A DNA stretch of 64,000 bases from Candidatus Freyarchaeum deiterrae (GCA_037305845.1 CP147778.1:32001-96000), one strand, 5' to 3'; counted from the first letter of the stretch, positions 9,857 through 20,074 are shown. The notes: generated from the letters alone by a model not told the origin. Made by a program: numbers and translations.

Positions 9857-10332
9857 AAATCGCGCTTGATACGGGAGTGCTTGTTGTCTCCATTAAGAGG
9901 ATAGGCGAGAAATATCATCAAGAAGCTGTTCAAATCGCAGACCGCATTAAAAATTTTAAAAGCAACTGCGTATCTTCCTCTCTCGTACTTATCGAACTTC
10001 CCGGTGCTCTGGCTTCCTCCACCACAATGCCAATTGAGAAAATATACACAGCAGAAGCCTCAATACAGGAAAACTTTAATCTAGTAATCCTGCCCTTCCA
10101 CCCATATGTTGACACGACTGTGAACCTGATACTTGAATTCCGCGAATTAAAGCGAAGACTAGGTATCGAAGCAGCGGACTTTCACCACTTAGCCACAGCT
10201 ATAGATGAAAGGTGCGAAGCCTTTGTAACGGTGGATGACCACCACCTACTAAAAGGAGAGACAAAAGAAGCCCTAAACAAATACATCAAAATACTAAACC
10301 CGAAGGAAGCCCTCGAAATTTTCAAACAATAA
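9853..10332 (+). CDS. PIN domain toxin
   Basis: IALDTGVLV, LIEL, ADFHHLATA, FVTVD. Confidence 0.88.
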   Translation: MKIALDTGVLVVSIKRIGEKYHQEAVQIADRIKNFKSNCVSSSLVLIELPGALASSTTMPIEKIYTAEASIQENFNLVILPFHPYVDTTVNLILEFRELKRRLGIEAADFHHLATAIDERCEAFVTVDDHHLLKGETKEALNKYIKILNPKEALEIFKQ

Positions 10333-10537
10333 TCCTTCCGTTCTCCCGAATCATAACCCAAAAATGTTTAAAGATTATTCAGCATGTTGAATTTTTACAC
10401 TTGAGATAGGGAGAAAACTGGATCACAGAGACAGAGCCAAAACAAGTTGACAGAGAGCGAGGATTTTCTGTCCAACACCGTTAAACACAGCAAAGCAACC
10501 ATCTTTATCCAAGAAGCGAATCTAAAGTTTTTATGGT

Positions 10538-10763
10538 AGGGAGGACATTCAAAGCTTATGCATGCCAAGAAGAGATTATGAACCAGTAAACTTTGACGGA
10601 GAAACGCTCACGCTCAAGGCTAAAAACGAAAACGCCCTTACCACCAGGTACGCTCTAGCCAATATACTAAGCAGACTGCTGTACAGCAAGGGAGTGCTCG
10701 TCCTGAAGTTCAAACCACTGAAAGGCCAGAACGAAACCCTAACCAACGAGATAGAGCTCCTCA
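10538..10763 (+). pseudogene. Fragment of unknown multi-copy 'gene X', fused to a CRISPR half-repeat
   Basis: Paralog of 14688-15086 up to NEIE.L, then continues as repeat sequence. Confidence 0.8.
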
Positions 10764-10849
10764 GCAACGAGGATTGAAAGCCTAATACTTGGTTCAAGTT
10801 CTAATTGTTGTCTTGCAAAAGCGGGTCCTCAAATAACGAGGATTGAAAG
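10755..10849 (+). CRISPR. Half-repeat, 31-nt spacer and degenerate repeat
   Basis: AGCTCCTCAGCAACGAGGATTGAAAG (to 10780) and a repeat at 10812-10849. Confidence 0.85.
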
Positions 10850-10961
10850 TCAGCAACAATAAATACTTAACTACATAAAGGATGTGTGTAGAGAAGGGGG
10901 TAGAATGAGCTATCACTCGAAAAAAACAAAGCAGTAGCGCAAAAGCCCACTGAGATTCTTC

Positions 10962-11327
10962 ATGGAGGAGATATGGATAAACTCCATGAGCTTTTCTTCA
11001 CCGGATTTTGTTTCACATTTTTCGGGAATCTCTCCTATGAACCATGAGCAGTATATTGAGTTCAACAGAGCGGTTATGGCAGCGTTTCCCGATTTTAGGC
11101 AAACGGTTAAGGATATGATTGTTGAGAGAGATAAAGTTATGCTTTGCATGGTAGGTAGGGATACGCGTACAGGAAATTTTCAGGATATTCCGCCTACTGG
11201 GAAACGGTTTGAAATTACGGGGATGGCTATACGCCGAATAGTAGGTGGCAAAATCATTGAAGAGTGGGCGAATCCTGATCAACTAGGTTTGATGCAGCAA
11301 ATTGGAGCAATTCCGAAACGGCGATAG
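10962..11327 (+). CDS. SnoaL-like ester cyclase (N-terminus apparently disrupted)
   Basis: AFPD, GNFQDIPPTGK, GKIIEEW...DQLGLMQQIG; the expected SLEKNKAVA start lies out of frame near 10912. Confidence 0.75.
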   Translation: MEEIWINSMSFSSPDFVSHFSGISPMNHEQYIEFNRAVMAAFPDFRQTVKDMIVERDKVMLCMVGRDTRTGNFQDIPPTGKRFEITGMAIRRIVGGKIIEEWANPDQLGLMQQIGAIPKRR

Positions 11328-11562
11328 AATATTTAGAGCTTGGTGTTGAAAGGTAGGGTGTTTATTTTTTATTTTTTTAATCTTTGAGGAAATAAGTGTG
11401 TATTCCGATTCGTCTGTTTTGGGGAGAAGTTTTTATACTTCTTTGTGTAACTTTTAGTATGTTTTTAGTGTCTGGCAGGCAAGCTGCGATTCGGGTTAGC
11501 TGTTTCGACTGTTTTAGGGTTTAGTAGTGTCGGCTTCTGTTTTTGGAGCAGTGGTCGTGTTG

Positions 11563-11955
11563 ATGAATATTATTGATAGTGTCAAAGAGCGTTTGGAAAA
11601 GAATGATAATGTTGTCTTCGCCTATGTGTATGGATCCTACGCTAGGGGAAAAGCTACTAGGTTTAGCGACTTGGATATTGCTGTTTTTTTAAGGGACACT
11701 GGTCATGAGGGGTTTAGGGAGCTGCTAGCCGAGTTGCCTGTGGATGCGGATGTTGAGTTCGATGTTAGAGTGTTGAATGATGCTCCTCCGCTCTTCAGAT
11801 ACAATGTTGTCAGGGAGGGAAAACTGTTGTTCGTCAAGGATAAAGGGATTCACGAGACCTTTGTTTACGACACTCTTGTCTCGGCGCTAGAGTTGAGAGA
11901 GGCTCTAACCAGCATGAGGGAGGAGAGGTTGAGGAGGGTTCTTGATGCTCTTTGA
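11563..11955 (+). CDS. MNT antitoxin
   Basis: YVYGSYARG...SDLDIAV. Confidence 0.9.
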   Translation: MNIIDSVKERLEKNDNVVFAYVYGSYARGKATRFSDLDIAVFLRDTGHEGFRELLAELPVDADVEFDVRVLNDAPPLFRYNVVREGKLLFVKDKGIHETFVYDTLVSALELREALTSMREERLRRVLDAL

Positions 11956-12364
11956 AACTGTTGCCGACGCTGTTAAGGTCTTGGAAGAACTCAGGGAGAA
12001 GAGCCTAGAGGAGATAGCTGGAGACACCGTTTTGCTCGGAAGCGTTCTGTGGTATCTTTACGTGACTGTGCAGGGCTGCATAGACATAGCCCTCAAAACA
12101 ATCTCAAAGCTTACTCTCAGAGCACCTGAAAGTTACGGTGACGCGTTCAAAGTTCTCAGAGAAGGAGAACTGATATCGGAAGAGCTAGCCAAAAGCCTTA
12201 TCGCAATGGCCCGTTTTAGACACGTTTTAGCTCATGTATACACCAAGCTTGACTTGGATCTGATATACGATATGTTGCACCACGACATTGAAGAGGTCAA
12301 AGAATTCTTGAAGACTTTAGCCGCGAATCTCCGAGAAAGAAACATAGAGTTAAGCGAATTCTAA
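11942..12364 (+). CDS. HEPN (DUF86) RNase toxin
   Basis: PESYGDAF and the FRHVLAH Rx4H motif. Confidence 0.9.
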   Translation: MMLFETVADAVKVLEELREKSLEEIAGDTVLLGSVLWYLYVTVQGCIDIALKTISKLTLRAPESYGDAFKVLREGELISEELAKSLIAMARFRHVLAHVYTKLDLDLIYDMLHHDIEEVKEFLKTLAANLRERNIELSEF

Positions 12365-12456
12365 CCAGCCAAAACACAGCCGTATATCTTGATCTAAACT
12401 TATTACCGCGATCTAAAAACATAATTATTATGTTTGCGCTGTTTTCGATATCATTG

Positions 12457-12568
12457 TCTGCAAAAGAAGTTCCTAAGCAGCGAGGATTGAAAGTCCAGAA
12501 TCTCGGCTACGCTGCAACTGCGGATCGTTTACTTGTAAAAGAAGTTCCTCAGTAAAGAGAATTGCATC
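12457..12568 (+). CRISPR. Degenerate mini-array (2 repeats)
   Basis: Repeats at 12457 and 12532 with a 38-nt spacer. Confidence 0.85.
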
Positions 12569-12674
12569 AGTATGGTTTACGCGTCCATCGTGCGGATACA
12601 TGAATTCTACCTGATAATATTTTTATGCAGATATGATGTTATTTACTCAGATGCGATTTTGGAGCGTGGTGTAA

Positions 12675-12911
12675 GTGCAGAAACTTGTTTTTACCGTGGT
12701 TGTTGAGAGGGATGAGGACGGCTACCTCGTAGCTTCAGTTCCAGAGTTGCCCGGTTGCCATACCCAAGCAAGAACCCTAGACGAATTAATGCTGAGAGCA
12801 AAAGAGGCCATAGAACTCTACATTGAGGTAGAAAGTAAAATAGTTGAGGAAATTAAAAAGAGAGAACTGGTTGGAATCCAGTTTGTCGTGGTTACTGAAA
12901 ATGAGCCTTAA
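12675..12911 (+). CDS. hicB: HicB-family antitoxin
   Basis: DEDGYLVASVPELPGCHTQARTLDE..AKEAIELY. Confidence 0.92.
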   Translation: MQKLVFTVVVERDEDGYLVASVPELPGCHTQARTLDELMLRAKEAIELYIEVESKIVEEIKKRELVGIQFVVVTENEP

Positions 12912-13128
12912 ACCCCTACCCGCCGAAAAGATAATCCGCGTCCTTAAAAAAGTGGGATTCGAAATCGTAAGGCAGAAGGGAAGCCATGTTATTCTCAAAA
13001 ACCCAGAAGGAAGAATCACTGTTGTCCCCCTCCACAAGGGTGAAGAAATAGGCAGAGGACTCCTACTTAAAATTATTAAAGACGCTGGCTTAAAAAAAGA
13101 AGAATTCCTAGACCTCATCAGAAAATAG
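12901..13128 (+). CDS. hicA: HicA-family toxin
   Basis: GF...RQKGSHV, VVPLH, GLLLKIIKDAG. Confidence 0.92.
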   Translation: MSLKPLPAEKIIRVLKKVGFEIVRQKGSHVILKNPEGRITVVPLHKGEEIGRGLLLKIIKDAGLKKEEFLDLIRK

Positions 13129-13204
13129 CTACCACACTTCTACTAACAAAGAGAAGAAGCAAAAAAAGATAAAAATTTGGAAACTAAACAAAAGGGTGCA
13201 TAGA

Positions 13205-13387
13205 ATTGATAATTGACCTCATCTTTTTCAAATAATTTTAATTCGGACTAATCGATTTAGTTTTCTTCATTGGTGTGGTTTTGGGACTTTCGATTTTATT
13301 AGTCAGGTCTGTTAATTTAATGCTACCTCTTTCAGCTAGTATTTTAAGTATATCCAAATTTAACCTGTCAAGGTCCATCGGGAGCAT
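13205..13387 (-). pseudogene. Decayed wHTH regulator fragment
   Basis: LDRLNLDILKILAERGSIKLTDLTNKIESPKTT, then frameshifted KLNRLVRIKII. Confidence 0.5.
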
Positions 13388-13673
13388 GATATCTAAAGAG
13401 GTTCTATTATGACTAAGGGCAGAAAACTAGCGGAAGCGATATCACATCACACGATTATTATCTGAACGCATTTTTCTTTCACGAAAGGCAATACGGGATA
13501 TTCCAGCAATGCCTTTAAAAGAAGCAATAATAGGGCTTCTTTCTCCTAAGAAAAGGCCCCAAAAAATAGGCAAAAACCGAGCAATTCTGCACCGCCCAAT
13601 CAACTGCAAAAATCTTATTTAGGAACGCTGCCTTTATCTCTTTTTCAAAATAGAACCCGGAACCCCGTTGGAG

Positions 13674-14096
13674 CTATGGAATTGGTTTATATTTCTCCAG
13701 AAACTCTTCTGGTGTGAGTACTTCTATTTCGTTCTCTACCGTTCTGAAATCCCTCTTATTTCTCGTTACAAGCACTTCGTACGAGGGTTTCGCGGAGTAA
13801 AACTGTATTGAATCCTCAAAATCTCTCATTCTTTTTTCATCAAATGAGCGTGAAACTATTTCCTCGGAGAGCGGCACAATTTGGAATCCCTCTATGATCT
13901 TTTTCGCATCTTTCTTTGCTTCCTCTTCGCTGGAAATTCTGGCTCTTAAAAAATACAGAATCGGAGGAGTCAGGGCGGAAATGTAGCCTTCAGCCCTACC
14001 CGCCCTCACAAGCCGTACCATAGCAATAGAGGCCTTCCAACCATCTCTTCTCTCCAGTACATCAACAAAAATATTTACGTCCAAAAAAACCTTCAT
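13674..14096 (-). CDS. PIN domain toxin
   Basis: VFLDVNIFVD, DFEDSIQ, VTRNKRDF. Confidence 0.9.
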   Translation of the reverse strand: MKVFLDVNIFVDVLERRDGWKASIAMVRLVRAGRAEGYISALTPPILYFLRARISSEEEAKKDAKKIIEGFQIVPLSEEIVSRSFDEKRMRDFEDSIQFYSAKPSYEVLVTRNKRDFRTVENEIEVLTPEEFLEKYKPIP

Positions 14097-14356
14097 TTAA
14101 TCAACCATTCCACGGCCTCTCTGATAACTTCCCGATCCTCCTCGAAGGGATTGTACGGAAGCTTACCCACAAGCTCAAGCAACTCGTCGTCAAAATCCAG
14201 CGAAGGAAACTCCTGCTTCAGCTCATTCCTAATTTCCTCAACCTTAGAATACACTGAAAATTGCCTCTCAATCCTTCTAAGTCTTTGCTCAACTCTAACA
14301 AGCTCTCTTCTAAGCTCTAGAATCTCATTCCTTATATTCTCCATCGGCGCTTCCAT
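14093..14356 (-). CDS. Putative antitoxin (coiled-coil)
   Basis: 87 aa gene with ATGA overlap upstream of PIN. Confidence 0.7.
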   Translation of the reverse strand: MEAPMENIRNEILELRRELVRVEQRLRRIERQFSVYSKVEEIRNELKQEFPSLDFDDELLELVGKLPYNPFEEDREVIREAVEWLIK

Positions 14357-14687
14357 ACCCTTTAATTTGCATTTCCAACTTAAATATTTTTATACAACCG
14401 TTCCATCCCATACCCAAAAACCGCGAGAACAATTCACTTCAACCAAAAAACCCTCAATAACCTCCTAAAACCCACCCTACGATAATATTTCCTGAGAAAA
14501 TTTTTTAGAGAATCCTAGTAATAGTTTAGTAAAGAATTCTTTTGAGGTTAAAACAGATAAGCGGAAATTCTTAAGAAAAAACAACATTCACGGATTAATT
14601 GCAAAACAAGTCAAAACTTCCACTCAATTATTGTGAAGACAAAAATGTACCCGGTATCCCTCAACTAAGGACATGTAATAGAAGCGG

Positions 14688-15086
14688 TTGAATGATATGA
14701 CCAGAAAGCATTTTAAAAAAATGGAGGAAGCACAATTTTCTAGCACAACAACGCTGGACTCCCTTGAATCAGTGTTCCAGAGAGAGAAAAATTGGAAACC
14801 GGTGCAAGAGGATATTCAGAGTCTATGCATACCAAGCAGCGACTACGAAATCGAAAGCTTCGACGGAGAAACCCTCACACTAAAAGCTAAAACCGAACAA
14901 GCTATCACCACCAGGTACGCCCTAGCCAATATTCTCGGCAGACTGTTGTACAGCAAGGGAGTGCTTGTCCTGAAGTTCAAACCTCTGGAAGGACTAAACG
15001 AAACCCTAACCAACGAGATAGAGTTCCTCATAAAGTATCCCAGCGAAATCGCCTCCGGAAAAATAAAAATAATAAAAGGCTGGTAA
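14688..15086 (+). CDS. Hypothetical 'gene X' (longest of four copies)
   Basis: 132 aa ORF with paralogous fragments at about 10538, 25298 and 37692. Confidence 0.55.
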   Translation: MNDMTRKHFKKMEEAQFSSTTTLDSLESVFQREKNWKPVQEDIQSLCIPSSDYEIESFDGETLTLKAKTEQAITTRYALANILGRLLYSKGVLVLKFKPLEGLNETLTNEIEFLIKYPSEIASGKIKIIKGW

Positions 15087-15315
15087 ACGATCCCCCTTTA
15101 GAATTGAGAAGATGATTCTAAAATAGTGAAGAGGGGCTTTTTAGTAACGCTTTTCTTTTTCTACGTTCTTGCTAGGTGATACTCACCAATCTTAATTAAC
15201 AAGAAGCGTTTTTAGAAAATTAGACGCTAAGCATTCAATAGCGCAGCTTTTCTATTTTTTTATTGCCTAGGAAAACCCAATGAGTTTATACTTTCACTTA
15301 CCTATGTGGATCGGT

Positions 15316-15352
15316 GTTTCGATTCCTGTCGCCGAGGAACTGCTTTTGCAAT
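15316..15352 (-). repeat. Solitary degenerate CRISPR repeat
   Basis: Reverse complement reads ATTGCAAAAGCAGTTCCTCGGCGACAGGAATCGAAAC. Confidence 0.8.
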
Positions 15353-15470
15353 TTGGAATCTGATTAACGGAACCCGAGTGAAAATTTCAAATTCTTTCCC
15401 ACAGTAGGTTACTTAAACATCAACAAAATCGGTACTGATTCAATTTTACGTATAGTTGTTTGTCTGTGAG

Positions 15471-15866
15471 CTATAGGTTTTCAGTATCCACATCTACGAG
15501 TTTGAGGCCTAATCCTTCAAGTCTCTTGAAATGTTTTTTGTTCAACGTCCAGAGTGGTGCAGCTTTTGAAATACAGATGGCTCCTGTCAGTAGGTCTCTT
15601 TCTTCTAAGAGTTCTCCTCTGCCGCTTAGCTCAGCCCAAATCTTGCTTGCTGTGCTTATACTCTCGTTACCTAGGGGTAGCACTTCGAATGCGTTCTCAA
15701 CAGTTCTTTTAGACTCTTCCGGGTTTACCCCTGCCCTAATTTCTCCTCTGACGTACTCGTACTCGGTTATTGCGGTTATGCAGGCATCGTAGACTTCAAC
15801 AAACTTTTCAAGTTTCCCGATTTTCTCCAAAGTAATTAAGGCATCCGTCTCAACCACAATCCTCAT
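15471..15866 (-). CDS. vapC: VapC/PIN toxin
   Basis: VVETDALI, TEYEY, RDLLTGA, TLNKKHF. Confidence 0.88.
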   Translation of the reverse strand: MRIVVETDALITLEKIGKLEKFVEVYDACITAITEYEYVRGEIRAGVNPEESKRTVENAFEVLPLGNESISTASKIWAELSGRGELLEERDLLTGAICISKAAPLWTLNKKHFKRLEGLGLKLVDVDTENL

Positions 15867-15888
15867 GGGGCACCCTCCAGTGGCTCTG

Positions 15889-16155
15889 CTAGAGTGTTTC
15901 TTCTTTTTCTGAATCTTTTAGCTTGAGGTTTTTTCTGAGGGTGCTGTGGGACTCTGAAACGTGGCTCTCAACAGTGTTAAATCTCTTCTGTAGGCTTCTC
16001 GCGGCCAACTTTCTTCGCAACCTTCTGTTTTCTTCCACAAGCTCGGCTAGAAACTTACTCCACTCTTTTCCTCCTCTTATCTTATCAAGATCTTCCTTAA
16101 CCTTAACTAAAACTGGGATTGTAGTGTATTTTCTGTCAGAACTCAAGCGGGTCAC
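15889..16155 (-). CDS. Putative VapB-type (RHH-like) antitoxin
   Basis: YTTIPV..VKEDL...WSKFL; directly upstream of vapC. Confidence 0.75.
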   Translation of the reverse strand: MTRLSSDRKYTTIPVLVKVKEDLDKIRGGKEWSKFLAELVEENRRLRRKLAARSLQKRFNTVESHVSESHSTLRKNLKLKDSEKEETL

Positions 16156-16375
16156 CGTCTAAAAATAAATTTCCATAATGATGTAATTATATTATAACTT
16201 AACAATATTATAAAATTTTGGATTGAATTTGATGTAGGACCTTTTACTTTAATACTTGGTTCCTTAACCATTTTTAGCTATCTGCGAGCATCCCACGTAA
16301 ACTTGTGCTGAACTTGAAGCGCCAAAGATTCGAAGACCAGATGTTCTCCGTGGGAAGCCTTCAAAGATCTATGAA

Positions 16376-16411
16376 CTTGCAAAAGAAGCCCCTCAGCAAC
16401 GAGATTGAAAG
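16376..16411 (+). repeat. Solitary degenerate CRISPR repeat
   Basis: CTTGCAAAAGAAGCCCCTCAGCAACGAGATTGAAAG. Confidence 0.85.
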
Positions 16412-16537
16412 CTCTCAGAATTCAAACTCATTCCTTAGGATAGCATCATCCCGCATAAACAATTCTTTAGTGCCCGAAGATTCACCAATGGACATTAATT
16501 AACACAAATGGTAAAAATTGAAAGCAACTACTTACCC

Positions 16538-17239
16538 TTAGATATCTCCCATTAATTTTTTAAGCAGATCTTCTTTTGATACGATCCACGTGAGTTCCCT
16601 CTTCTTCTCGTACACGTAAACCAAGGGAACATGGTAGTTAACTGCTAATTTGTAGTAAGCTATGGTTGCAGGTTTGGTCGCAGAGGTACAATCCATTACT
16701 AAAACATAATTCCTTATCAGGTCAAAGAGATTCGCTTCGACTCTCGATTCTATGATTTCAACACTGCTTATCTCCTCATCCTCAAGCAAGCACCAACTAA
16801 CATTACTAGGAGCTACACCCTTCCATTCCGCAGCACATCCGTATGTCGTAACAACTGTAACACTACTGAACGAGAAGCCCGCCCCTGCAAGAAGGTTTAA
16901 AGCGGTTCCAGTTTCAGACTCACTCCTACCACCCCTCTCACCCAAAAGACCGAGATAAGCGTAAGAAATTCTAGGAGAATCAAAAACATAACACAAAGGA
17001 GTCTTATACTCCAACCTAATCAATCCCCCCCTCACGAGAAACAATACCTTTACCTGCAAGAACGGTCAAATTGTAATCTAGAGTAGACTTGATATTTCAG
17101 TGCTTTTCCAAAGCTCGCTGAAACGGGTCTCTCCACCAGCAAGTGCTAACTCTCCTAAAACCGCCCTCAAATTTTTTCTCTCAAGAGCAGATTTATAATC
17201 TGTATATCTTACAGCTTGTATCCCTCTAATTCTTTTAAT
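16538..17239 (-). pseudogene. wHTH-CARF protein, frameshifted
   Basis: C-terminal part has the CARF-like VMDCTSATKPAT and LVYV motifs; N-terminal wHTH is interrupted by a -1 shift near 17088 and a +1 shift in the G7 run near 17028. Confidence 0.7.
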
Positions 17240-17670
17240 TTAAACCCTCCATAAATGTAAAACCTTTACTAAGTTCCAAAAAATGGATATTTTTTAAACT
17301 TTGTTCGAAACCGCTTAATATATTCTACCGTGCGGTTTCCTCTTAAACAAGACTAAATGTTTACGTGTGGAATTGGTTTCAATTTTTGGGGCTCTGAAAA
17401 CTCTAATTTCATCTCACAACTTCTTTAAAACATTTAACTTTATAAGGATGAAGAACAAATTAAGAATATATTTTCCAATGCGAAACGGGATTGTATCTCA
17501 AGAGTAGTATAACCCGCTTATACAAAATAAAAAGCCAAGAGGTCAAGGAAACAAAAGTTAGGCGGGTTTTTCAGGAATGAGCAAAATACTATTTCCTATT
17601 CGAATTCGGTTGTGGAGGAAAATAAGTTTAGTATGCTCATAGGAAACAAGCGAACACAAAAGAAAAGTGT

Positions 17671-18939
17671 TTGAGGCTGGATGAAGTGATTCTTGATATT
17701 AAAACTCCAATATGGACTGGTGACATTGACTCAAAAAGCAATTCGCTTAAATCTACAGGGATTATGGGTTCTATTCGCTGGTGGGTTGAAGCAATCTTGA
17801 GAGGAATGTATAATTTTGCTTGCGATCCCATAGATGACAATCCCCAAAGCCTAACAAAACGTTGCCCAACAACAAAAGAAAATAATCGAGAAATTTCTCA
17901 GTATTGTTCCGCTTGCCTCATTTTCGGAGCAACGGGAATGAGAAAGCTGTTTAGATTGCATATTGAGGGAGGACATGAGATATTTAATGACAGACCAATC
18001 AAGATAATGCCAAAAGGTAGAACTGGAGGATGGTACTTGGGAAGTGGACTTGGTGGAGAAATAAACCTAGATATTATTTCCTTAGACAAGGATTTCGATA
18101 AAAGTCTAATTTCTGTTCCTCTAACTATTACAGCCAAATTGGGTGCAATAGGGGCGAGAACCCAAAATGGCTATGGTATAGTAGAACTCAAGGAATTTCC
18201 AGAAATAAAAATTGAGGATTTCAAAAATTCGGTGGGTAAAATTACAGATACCACAAGACTTGCTAAATTGAAGATTGATGTAAGAAAAGAAGTAAGACAA
18301 GAAAACTGTATATCTTTACCGAATATAAAAGAGATGTTTTTTGCCAAAATCCAATTTGAGGCAGATAATGATTGGTGGAAGGAAGTAGATGGAATAGAGG
18401 AAAGAGGGCAAACGGGAGATAGAGATTATTATGAAGGGTGCGCTAATGATGCAAGAATGCATAAGTGGATAGATTCTGGTTCCGTTCCTATTGTTCCGGC
18501 GATAAAGAATTGGTTAAGGTATGGTTATGGAAAAAGCCTCTGGCAAACGGGAGATCGAAATAAAGACAGAATAATAGATAAATGGCTATTTGGAACTATT
18601 AGAAATGATAAAACCGCCTCTAAAGTCATCATCTCCTGCGCGTACCTTGTGAGTAATAACATATGGGAATTTCGTATCTGGGGATGGATTCCTGAAAATA
18701 GCTTACCAGATGAATTTGATAGAGAAAATTTTTTGGACAGCTTGAATAAAAGTTTAGACGGAAAGGGTTCAGCAAAACTTCCGTGGAAAAATATTTTTGG
18801 TAACGGTACCAAAGAACATAGACTTTCAGTTTGGCGAGAATATAATTCATCGAGAGATACTGTTAAGTCAGGTGAGGAAGGTATTGATAACTATCTTGGA
18901 AGCCTTTTAAGTGGCGGGAGGAAATTCAATGAATCATAA
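17671..18939 (+). CDS. cmr1: Type III-C RAMP Cmr1
   Basis: TPIWTG, GIMGSIRWW, C..CLIFGAT, GAIGARTQNGYG. Confidence 0.92.
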   Translation: MRLDEVILDIKTPIWTGDIDSKSNSLKSTGIMGSIRWWVEAILRGMYNFACDPIDDNPQSLTKRCPTTKENNREISQYCSACLIFGATGMRKLFRLHIEGGHEIFNDRPIKIMPKGRTGGWYLGSGLGGEINLDIISLDKDFDKSLISVPLTITAKLGAIGARTQNGYGIVELKEFPEIKIEDFKNSVGKITDTTRLAKLKIDVRKEVRQENCISLPNIKEMFFAKIQFEADNDWWKEVDGIEERGQTGDRDYYEGCANDARMHKWIDSGSVPIVPAIKNWLRYGYGKSLWQTGDRNKDRIIDKWLFGTIRNDKTASKVIISCAYLVSNNIWEFRIWGWIPENSLPDEFDRENFLDSLNKSLDGKGSAKLPWKNIFGNGTKEHRLSVWREYNSSRDTVKSGEEGIDNYLGSLLSGGRKFNES

Positions 18940-20074
18940 ATACGACTTTTATGCAGCTTTTTATATCAAGGAAAAAGAGGATGTCGATAATCTAACTAAC
19001 GGTTCTGGAAGGTATGATGAACTACGTGATATTTTATCAAGAATAATGATTTTGAGTACAGCGCTAGGGGTAAAAGAAAAGTTCGATGACCGTAAGGGTA
19101 GACCAAACGAAATTAATCCTAAAGATTATGCGAGGGTAGGTGAGGGTAATCATGTCTCAGGTTTAAAGGCTCTTACCCATACTAATGGAAACTTCAATGA
19201 GTATATAGCTTGCAAATTATCTGAACTTGCTCTTTTAGGTATTAATGCACCAATTAACGTTTCTATTCTGCCAATAGGAAGTTGGGTTTTAGAGTTTCCA
19301 ATTACTCTTACTAAGCCTTTCATTTCAAAGGATGACGTTCCATTATATATCATAGATAATCCTATAAAGAAAGACAAGGTCTTTGGTGTACCCTTTACCT
19401 CAGCGATGGCATGGAAGGGGAACCTAAGATGGACTATGATGAAATTTCATTTAGAATCTCATATAAACGAGCCTAATAAATTTGCTGAAATACGCCTCAA
19501 GCATACACTTTTGTTCGGAACAGAAAAAGGAACAGAAGATGTACCAAAGGGATGGGCGAAATATCTAGATAAACTTTGTCCCAATGCAAGGGAAAACTAT
19601 CAAGATAAACTCAAGAAAAAATTTGGAAGGGACGATATACCCAATCTTGCAGGAATGCTTCACTTTTATCCTACTTTTTGGGACAGAATTGATATGGAAG
19701 TTATTAATCCACATGATAGAAAAACCAAAACTGGCAAGAACCCTATATACTTTGAAGCCGTGCCAGAGGGTTCAAAAGGCCTCTTTAGGCTTCTCTATAT
19801 TCCTTTACACTGGACTAATCTGCGAGATGACGAGTTTAAGAAAATGATTTTACAGGATTTAAGAGATGTCGTAGCTGGGCTTAAAGAGATGTTACTTTTC
19901 TATGGCTTTTCAGCAAAGAAGTCCATAGGATATGGAGTAATTGAAGACAGCTTTGACAAAGAGGTAAGTACGCTTGCGTTGAAGGATTTTATCAGAGGTA
20001 CTGAAAAATTTGGGAACCTTGAAGAATTGGAGAACAAAATTGAGAGCTTCGTTAGAGGAAGAGACTATGAGTGA
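18929..20074 (+). CDS. cmr6: Type III-C RAMP Cmr6
   Basis: P..SAMAWKGNLR, VINPHD, NPIYFE, GFSAKKSIGYG. Confidence 0.88.
   Translation: MNHKYDFYAAFYIKEKEDVDNLTNGSGRYDELRDILSRIMILSTALGVKEKFDDRKGRPNEINPKDYARVGEGNHVSGLKALTHTNGNFNEYIACKLSELALLGINAPINVSILPIGSWVLEFPITLTKPFISKDDVPLYIIDNPIKKDKVFGVPFTSAMAWKGNLRWTMMKFHLESHINEPNKFAEIRLKHTLLFGTEKGTEDVPKGWAKYLDKLCPNARENYQDKLKKKFGRDDIPNLAGMLHFYPTFWDRIDMEVINPHDRKTKTGKNPIYFEAVPEGSKGLFRLLYIPLHWTNLRDDEFKKMILQDLRDVVAGLKEMLLFYGFSAKKSIGYGVIEDSFDKEVSTLALKDFIRGTEKFGNLEELENKIESFVRGRDYE

Noticed and set aside
10781-10811. Mini-array spacer shares TAATACTTGGTTC with 16250-16262, and CCTAATAC with 1076-1083
   Set aside because: The first lacks seed positions 1-2 and the second is only 8 nt; both are plausible by chance in AT-rich DNA
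13205-13560. Possible csa3 pseudogene
   Set aside because: Only the wHTH part is recognisable; the upstream LGERSPII similarity to the CARF motif is too weak
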